This document shows, one piece after another, positions 25,600 to 30,585 of a stretch of DNA of 32,000 nucleotides (positions are counted from its first letter, which is position 1; each line of letters starts with the position of its first letter). The position numbers and the translations under genes are program-made. The notes beneath the pieces are model-generated. The model saw only the letters and a program-made list of their open reading frames with translations, did no database searches and was not told the origin of the DNA. The DNA lies in assembly GCA_022646745.1 (NCBI GenBank), contig CP060262.1:3420001-3452000 (forward strand), given 5' to 3'. The stretch comes from Planctomycetales bacterium. Lineage in GTDB: Bacteria; 4484-113; JAFGCY01.

Positions 25600-25627
25600 C
25601 CATCCCCCATCCCGCATCCCCATCCCG
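25600..25627. repeat. tandem (C/G)CATCCC x4 array
   Basis: The plus strand reads ccatccc ccatccc gcatccc catccc g. The minus strand reads GGGATGGGGATGCGGGATGGGGGATGG, i.e. four G3-5 tracts. Confidence 0.85.
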
Positions 25628-25651
25628 CTTGTGCTAAACTCCGCCCGTTTC

Positions 25652-25969
25652 ATGGATGACACAAGCCAGAAATCGCATGACGGACAGCCTGATCCGTCTG
25701 TTTCCAAACCGGTCGATTCAAAACCTACTGAATCAGACATCGACATCGGCCTGACTTCCGGGCAGCTGATGCTGGCCTTCCAGCTCGGGATCTTCCTGCC
25801 GATCCTCGGCCCGCTTGTCGCCATCGCCATCGGCGCCATGAACCGCCAGACCAAGGACGGCCGGATGATCATGCTGGGCGGCCTGGGCCTGATCCTGCTG
25901 CAGCTGGCCACGATCCTGCTCGTATGGGGCTACATTGCCTCCCGTCCGATCGCAGGACCGATAAATTAA
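25652..25969 (+). CDS. small membrane protein, two predicted TM helices, unknown function
   Basis: ATG 25652 (or GTG 25631) opens a 105-aa ORF. It has a hydrophilic N-terminus followed by LMLAFQLGIFLPILGPLVAIAIGAM and MIMLGGLGLILLQLATILLVWGYIA. Codons are GC3-rich. No clear SD is present. Confidence 0.45.
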   Translation: MDDTSQKSHDGQPDPSVSKPVDSKPTESDIDIGLTSGQLMLAFQLGIFLPILGPLVAIAIGAMNRQTKDGRMIMLGGLGLILLQLATILLVWGYIASRPIAGPIN

Positions 25970-25990
25970 ACCAATACATTGGTTTAATTT
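25963..25990 (+). terminator. AT-rich hairpin overlapping the stop codon of the small ORF
   Basis: The sequence aaattaaaccaat-ac-attggtttaattt is a near-perfect 28-nt palindrome followed by aGTTTG. It could act as a terminator, but its stability is weak because the stem is AT-rich. Confidence 0.35.
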
Positions 25991-25996
25991 AGTTTG

Positions 25997-26017
25997 CAGA
26001 ATCAGAATCAGAATCAG
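25997..26017. repeat. (CAGAAT)3 + CAG hexanucleotide tandem repeat
   Basis: Read directly: cagaatcagaatcagaatcag. A further aatcag lies at 26027..26032. Confidence 0.9.
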
Positions 26018-26056
26018 CAAACGGGTAATCAGCTGTCAAACTAAAAACTGCGGATT

Positions 26057-26162
26057 GCTGCTTCTCATTCTGTTTTGTTTCTCTTCCTGCCCACTACCCT
26101 CTGCCCTCTGACCACTCGCTCTGCTGTTTCTCATTCTGCTTCTGTTTCTCTTCCTGCCCACT
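26057..26162. repeat. two ~40-nt pyrimidine-rich direct repeats, 66 nt apart
   Basis: Copy 1 (26057..26095) is gctgcttctcattctgttttgtttctcttcctgcccact. Copy 2 (26123..26162) is gctgtttctcattctgcttctgtttctcttcctgcccact. They differ by 3 substitutions plus one 1-nt indel. The core ctcttcctgcc recurs a third time at 26200..26210. Confidence 0.85.
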
Positions 26163-26172
26163 GACCCCTAAC

Positions 26173-26200
26173 TGGTCCCTGGTCCCAGGTCCCTGATCCC
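26173..26200. repeat. tandem heptamer array TGGTCCC TGGTCCC AGGTCCC TGATCCC
   Basis: There are four exact 7-nt units. The minus strand reads GGGATCAGGGACCTGGGACCAGGGACCA. Two further C3-4 tracts lie just upstream (26156..26168). Confidence 0.9.
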
Positions 26201-26208
26201 TCTTCCTG

Positions 26209-26225
26209 CCAGGCTATCAGCCTGG
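26209..26225 (+). promoter_or_regulatory. hairpin CCAGGCT-atc-AGCCTGG 30 nt upstream of the mfd ATG
   Basis: This is a perfect 7-bp inverted repeat read from the sequence. Its function is unknown. Confidence 0.25.
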
Positions 26226-26254
26226 CCTCCAGCTTCTGCTATTCTCAAGGGCTC

Positions 26255-29200
26255 ATGTTCATCCCCTGGCCGGAACTGCAACGTCGCTTCAGCCTCGCAG
26301 CTGAACGCGCCAACTCGACTCCCGGCCTGCGCCTCTGCGACCTGCGCGGCTCCTCCGTGTTCTTCCTGCTGCACCATCTCTGCGACGAGTCCGACAAGCC
26401 GCTGCTGGTCCTGACCGAGACCACGGCCAAGGCCCAGCAGATGCAGCAGTTCCTCTCGCATGTCGAGCGCCTTGTCGAGGGCCGCGAACCGCGCCAGGAC
26501 GACTACCTCGTCTTCCCGGACTTTGAGCCGCAGAACCTGTTTGAGTACATCGACCCGCCGGTCGAGCTGCTGGACCAGCGCAACCAGGTGCTCGACGCCC
26601 TGCAGCGTGGCTCCTGCCGCGCCGTGTTCGCCTCCGCCAAGGCCTGCTTCCGCCTGCTGCCCCCGCCAGCTGACTACAACGCACGCGAGATCATCCTCGC
26701 CACCGAGGACGGGCTGGCGGAGCTGGAGGATGACAGCGGAGTGAAGCGCTACCTGATCGAAGGCGCGGTCACTTCAATCGACCGTGACGACCTCGCCACG
26801 CGCCTGAGCGCCAACGGCTACAGCAAGGTCACCACCGTGGTCGAGCCCGGCCAGTTCGCCATCCGCGGTGGCCTCGTTGACATCTACGCCGTCGGCCAGG
26901 ACCGCCCGGCGCGCATCGACCTGTTCGGCGATGTGATCGAAAGCATCCACGAGTTCCGCCCGGACACCCAGCGCACCGGCAATGCCATGCCGCTCCTGCA
27001 GATCCTGCCGCTGGCGATCCACGGCGAGCGCCTGCGCACCGAGGAGAGCCGCGTCTGGCTGGAGGACCGCTGGCGCGAGTACCGCCGCGAGTTCCAGGGC
27101 CACATCAGCCCCTCCGCCTTCGAGCGGCTCAGTGAGCTCATTGACAACGACTTCGAGCACCTCGAGAACGGTATCGCCATCCCGCGCGCCGGCTGGTACT
27201 ACCGCGCCGTCGCCAGTGAGGACTGCACCCTGTGGGACTACCTGCTGCCCGGCACGCAGGTTGTCGTGCACGAGGACAGCTTCGTTGACAGCGAAACCAA
27301 CAGTTACTTCACGTTCTGGCAGAACCGCTTCGGCGACTGGCTGAAGAACGGCCTGAGCTTCCTGCACTTCGAGCACTTCTACCGCCTGCCCGCCGGCCGC
27401 ATCGCGGACACTTTGGCAACGCTTGCCGATGGCCGCCTGATGCTATCCAACGGCGACGAGCTGGAGGGCCTGCCCGGCATCAGCCCGCTGTTCACCCACA
27501 GCTTCAGCGCCGCCGAACTGTCCGGCGAGCACTACAGCCTCGGCTTTAATTCGCCGCCCAGCGGCAAGTGGGGCACGAGCAAGCTCGAAGGCAGTATCGC
27601 CGCCTATCCGCAGCTGGAGCGCATCAAGCCCAGCGACCTGTCGCCGGACTTCGTTGACAGGCCGGTGACCGTGCTGACCCAGTTCAGCTCCCGCATGGCC
27701 GAAGTGCTCAGCGACGCTGGGGTGCATCCGGAGATTATCCCGGCGATCCTGCCCGGCGGTTTCCAGATCCCCGCCGGAGATGGCAACCTGCTGCCGGCCG
27801 CCGTCAACAATGACGGATGGACCGTCGTCACCGACATGGAGATCTTCGGCGAGATCACCGAGGTCGTGCCCAGCCGCCCGCGTTACGGCGGCGGCACCCC
27901 GATCCGCAAGTCCGAGGAGCTGTCCGAAGGCGACTACATCGTGCACATCGACTACGGCATCGGCCGCTTCGCGCGCCTCGTTGACAGGCAGCAGGGTGAG
28001 CTGACCCGCGCCTTCGTGGAGATTGAGTTCGCCAGCAATGACAAGCTGTTCGTGCCCGTCGACCAGCTGGACCGCCTGCGCCGCTACAGCTATGACGGCA
28101 CCGACCCCTCGCTCAACAACCTCGGCAAGGACACCTGGACCAAGACCAAGGAGAAGGTCAAGAAGGACACGCTGGAGCTTGCCAAGAAGCTGCTCTCGCT
28201 CTACAAGCGCCGCAAGGTCGGCGGCGGCCACGGCTACAGCACCGCCGAGGAGTGGATGCACGAGTTCGCCGAGGGCTTCCCCTACACGATGACCGAGGAC
28301 CAGGGCAAGGCCTGGCTGGCCGTCGAGCAGGACATGGAAGTGGCCCAGCCGATGGACCGCCTGATTGTTGGCGACGTCGGCTTCGGCAAGACGGAGATCG
28401 CGATGCGCGCGGCCTTCAAGGCCTGTGTTGACGAGCGCCAGGTGCTGGTGCTGTGCCCGACCACGATCCTCGCCGACCAGCACCACCGCAACTTCAGCCG
28501 CCGCTTCAAGCCCTTCCCCTTCAAGGTCGAGATGCTCAGCCGCTTCCAGTCCGCCAAGGAGCAGAAGGAGATCATCCAGCGTGTCAACGCCGGCGAGGTT
28601 GACATCGTGATCGCCACGCACCGCGGCCTGTCGAAGCAGATCGACTTCCCGCGCCTCGGCCTGCTTGTCGTCGACGAGGAGCAGCGCTTCGGCGTCAAGC
28701 AGAAGGAGAACCTCAAGCTGCGCTGGCCGGAGATCGACGTGCTGACGATGTCCGCCACCCCGATCCCACGCACCCTGCACATGTCCCTGATCGGCGTGCG
28801 CGACATCTCGCTGATCGAGACCGCCCCCGTTGCCAGGAAGGCGATCAAGACCTACGTCGGCGAGATGGACGAGATCATGGTGCGCGAGGCGATCCTGCGT
28901 GAGCTCGGCCGTGGCGGCCAGGTCTACTACCTGCACAACCGCGTTGCCGACATCGAGAAGGTTCGCGAGAAGCTCGAGAAGCTCGTGCCAGAGACGAAGG
29001 TGCTGATCGCGCATGGCCAGATGAAGGAGGACCAGCTGGAGGAGGTGATGCACGCCTTCTCGCTCGGGGCCTACCGCATCATGCTGGCAACCACCATCAT
29101 CGAGAACGGCCTCGACATCCCGACCGTGAACACGATCATCGTTGACAACGCCGAGAACCTCGGCCTGGCCCAGATGCACCAGCTGCGCGGCCGCGTCGGT

Positions 29201-29956
29201 CGATCCGCCGTGCAGGCCTACGCCTTCTTCTTCCACGCCCCGAACCGCATCCTCACCGAGGATGCCCAGAGCCGCCTGCACGCAATCTACAACTACGCCT
29301 ACCTCGGCGCCGGTTACGAGATCGCCCAGAGCGACCTGCGCATCCGCGGCGCCGGCAACCTGCTGGGCGAGAGCCAGAGCGGGCTGGCACGGCAGGTGGG
29401 TTTCGACTACTACTGCGAACTGCTGGCGCGCAGCATCAAGGATGTCAAGGCGCTGGACGAGGCGGACATCGAGGAATGGGACGAGACCGCGCTGCTCGAG
29501 GAACGCCCCGGCCCGCAGGTGGACCTGCCGCTCTCGGTCTACATCCCGGAGAGCTACGTCGAGAATGTCAGCCTGCGTCTTGAGCTGCTGCGCCGCCTGG
29601 CCAACCTGACTGACAACGAAGAGCTGGACGGCGTGGCCGAGGAGCTGCAGGACCGCTTCGGCAGGCGGCCGGTCGAGGTTGACAACCTGCTGCTGCTGGT
29701 ACGCCTGCGCAATACCTGCGGCGGGCTCGGCATCGAGCGCATGAGCTACAACCACCGCTCGATGAGCTTCGCCTTCCAGTTCTACTCCGACGAGGACAAC
29801 TGGTACACCAAGGCCCCGCTGCTGGACAGCCGCTTCAAGATGGGCAGCGGCGGCTTCATCTCACTGGAGCAGACCTTCTCCGGCAAGGACGACGTGGAGG
29901 AACTGTTCGACGCGCTCGACACACTTGCAGGGCTTAGGGAACAGGCGGTGCGGTAG
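26255..29956 (+). CDS. mfd: transcription-repair coupling factor Mfd
   Basis: 1233 aa. It has a UvrB-homology N-terminal module and an RNAP-interaction domain (GDYIVHIDYGIGRF). The SF2 translocase motifs are GDVGFGKTE, DEEQRFGV, TATPIPRT and QLRGRVGR. A TRG motif region and a C-terminal D7 domain follow. AAGGG lies 5 nt before the ATG. Confidence 0.95.
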   Translation: MFIPWPELQRRFSLAAERANSTPGLRLCDLRGSSVFFLLHHLCDESDKPLLVLTETTAKAQQMQQFLSHVERLVEGREPRQDDYLVFPDFEPQNLFEYIDPPVELLDQRNQVLDALQRGSCRAVFASAKACFRLLPPPADYNAREIILATEDGLAELEDDSGVKRYLIEGAVTSIDRDDLATRLSANGYSKVTTVVEPGQFAIRGGLVDIYAVGQDRPARIDLFGDVIESIHEFRPDTQRTGNAMPLLQILPLAIHGERLRTEESRVWLEDRWREYRREFQGHISPSAFERLSELIDNDFEHLENGIAIPRAGWYYRAVASEDCTLWDYLLPGTQVVVHEDSFVDSETNSYFTFWQNRFGDWLKNGLSFLHFEHFYRLPAGRIADTLATLADGRLMLSNGDELEGLPGISPLFTHSFSAAELSGEHYSLGFNSPPSGKWGTSKLEGSIAAYPQLERIKPSDLSPDFVDRPVTVLTQFSSRMAEVLSDAGVHPEIIPAILPGGFQIPAGDGNLLPAAVNNDGWTVVTDMEIFGEITEVVPSRPRYGGGTPIRKSEELSEGDYIVHIDYGIGRFARLVDRQQGELTRAFVEIEFASNDKLFVPVDQLDRLRRYSYDGTDPSLNNLGKDTWTKTKEKVKKDTLELAKKLLSLYKRRKVGGGHGYSTAEEWMHEFAEGFPYTMTEDQGKAWLAVEQDMEVAQPMDRLIVGDVGFGKTEIAMRAAFKACVDERQVLVLCPTTILADQHHRNFSRRFKPFPFKVEMLSRFQSAKEQKEIIQRVNAGEVDIVIATHRGLSKQIDFPRLGLLVVDEEQRFGVKQKENLKLRWPEIDVLTMSATPIPRTLHMSLIGVRDISLIETAPVARKAIKTYVGEMDEIMVREAILRELGRGGQVYYLHNRVADIEKVREKLEKLVPETKVLIAHGQMKEDQLEEVMHAFSLGAYRIMLATTIIENGLDIPTVNTIIVDNAENLGLAQMHQLRGRVGRSAVQAYAFFFHAPNRILTEDAQSRLHAIYNYAYLGAGYEIAQSDLRIRGAGNLLGESQSGLARQVGFDYYCELLARSIKDVKALDEADIEEWDETALLEERPGPQVDLPLSVYIPESYVENVSLRLELLRRLANLTDNEELDGVAEELQDRFGRRPVEVDNLLLLVRLRNTCGGLGIERMSYNHRSMSFAFQFYSDEDNWYTKAPLLDSRFKMGSGGFISLEQTFSGKDDVEELFDALDTLAGLREQAVR

Positions 29957-30104
29957 GAGCTGCCCGCTTTAGCGGTAGTAGGAGGTGCGCAACTTGCTTG
30001 CGCACAATGCCAAGTAGCCATCATGGAAGTATGGAGGCGGTAACACCGCCTCCGGGATGGGGTGTTACCCCATCCCTACGTCCAACTTGCGGTTCCGCAC
30101 CTCC

Positions 30105-30146
30105 ACTCCAAACTCCCCATTCCAAACTCCTCACTCCAACCTCCAA
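30105..30146. repeat. three tandem 14-nt units (actccaaactcccc / attccaaactcctc / actccaacctccaa)
   Basis: The units start at 30105, 30119 and 30133, an exact 14-nt register. Confidence 0.8.
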
Positions 30147-30299
30147 CCTTCTTGCCAAGCTTACAGCTTGGCCTCCCAGCCGCCGGACATCCAGGGCGGG
30201 GAGCAACTGGCTACTGGGTGCAGGTTGCTGGTTGCAGTCATCCAGACAGCTTCGCTGTCAAGACATCAAACAAGCGCGCGCAGCGCGACAAACTCCCAC

Positions 30300-30327
30300 T
30301 GTTCCCAGATCCCGGTTCCCTGTTCCC
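30300..30327. repeat. tandem heptamer array TGTTCCC AGATCCC GGTTCCC TGTTCCC
   Basis: There are four exact 7-nt units. The minus strand reads GGGAACAGGGAACCGGGATCTGGGAACA. Confidence 0.9.
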
Positions 30328-30585
30328 TCGTCAGGGGATGGCAATCCGGCCGGCGGCGTGTTCGGAAAAGCAATAAGGGATGTTGCCAAGCCAGCCTGTC
30401 ATGCGCACTTCGCCTCAATCCCTCACTGGCGCACGAAGCGTGCGCCGCTACAGTTAACTGTTCACTGAGCACTGATTTCTGTTTACGGGATTGTGCGCAA
30501 GTCACGCCATGGCGTGACGCACATCCGTTTGCGGAAACCCGAAACCGGATCCCCGAAACCCGTTGTGCGGCTTGCGCCGCACCTC

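Noticed and set aside
25631-25651. GTG 25631 as the start of the small membrane ORF.
   Set aside because: The ATG at 25652 is an equally good or better candidate, and neither has an SD. This remains unresolved, so the shorter form was reported at modest confidence.
26057-26162. I considered whether the direct repeats could be a CRISPR array.
   Set aside because: There are only two imperfect copies. They are low-complexity pyrimidine tracts without the typical repeat palindromicity, and no cas genes or leader are present.
26056-26170. Short hydrophobic mini-ORFs lie inside the two 40-nt direct repeats (for example LLLILFCFSSCPLPSAL and LLFLILLLFLFLPTDP), reminiscent of type I toxins.
   Set aside because: They have no ATG and no SD. 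The 1-nt indel between the repeat copies puts the two peptides in different frames, so conservation is at the nucleotide level, not the protein level.
29985-30005. The hairpins right after the mfd stop (29985..30005) and right after the uvrA stop (30565..30582) as classical rho-independent terminators.
   Set aside because: Neither is followed by a U-tract. I treated them as terminal parts of the repeat element or as possible non-canonical 3' end structures.
29957-30585. I considered whether the long spacer hides a known structured RNA (tmRNA, SRP RNA, RNase P RNA, 6S RNA or a riboswitch).
   Set aside because: I could not find any hallmark sequence. There is no tRNA-like tmRNA end, no SRP GGAA/AGCA domain-IV motif and no RNase P conserved regions. 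This is an eye-scan only, and an Infernal/Rfam scan would be decisive.
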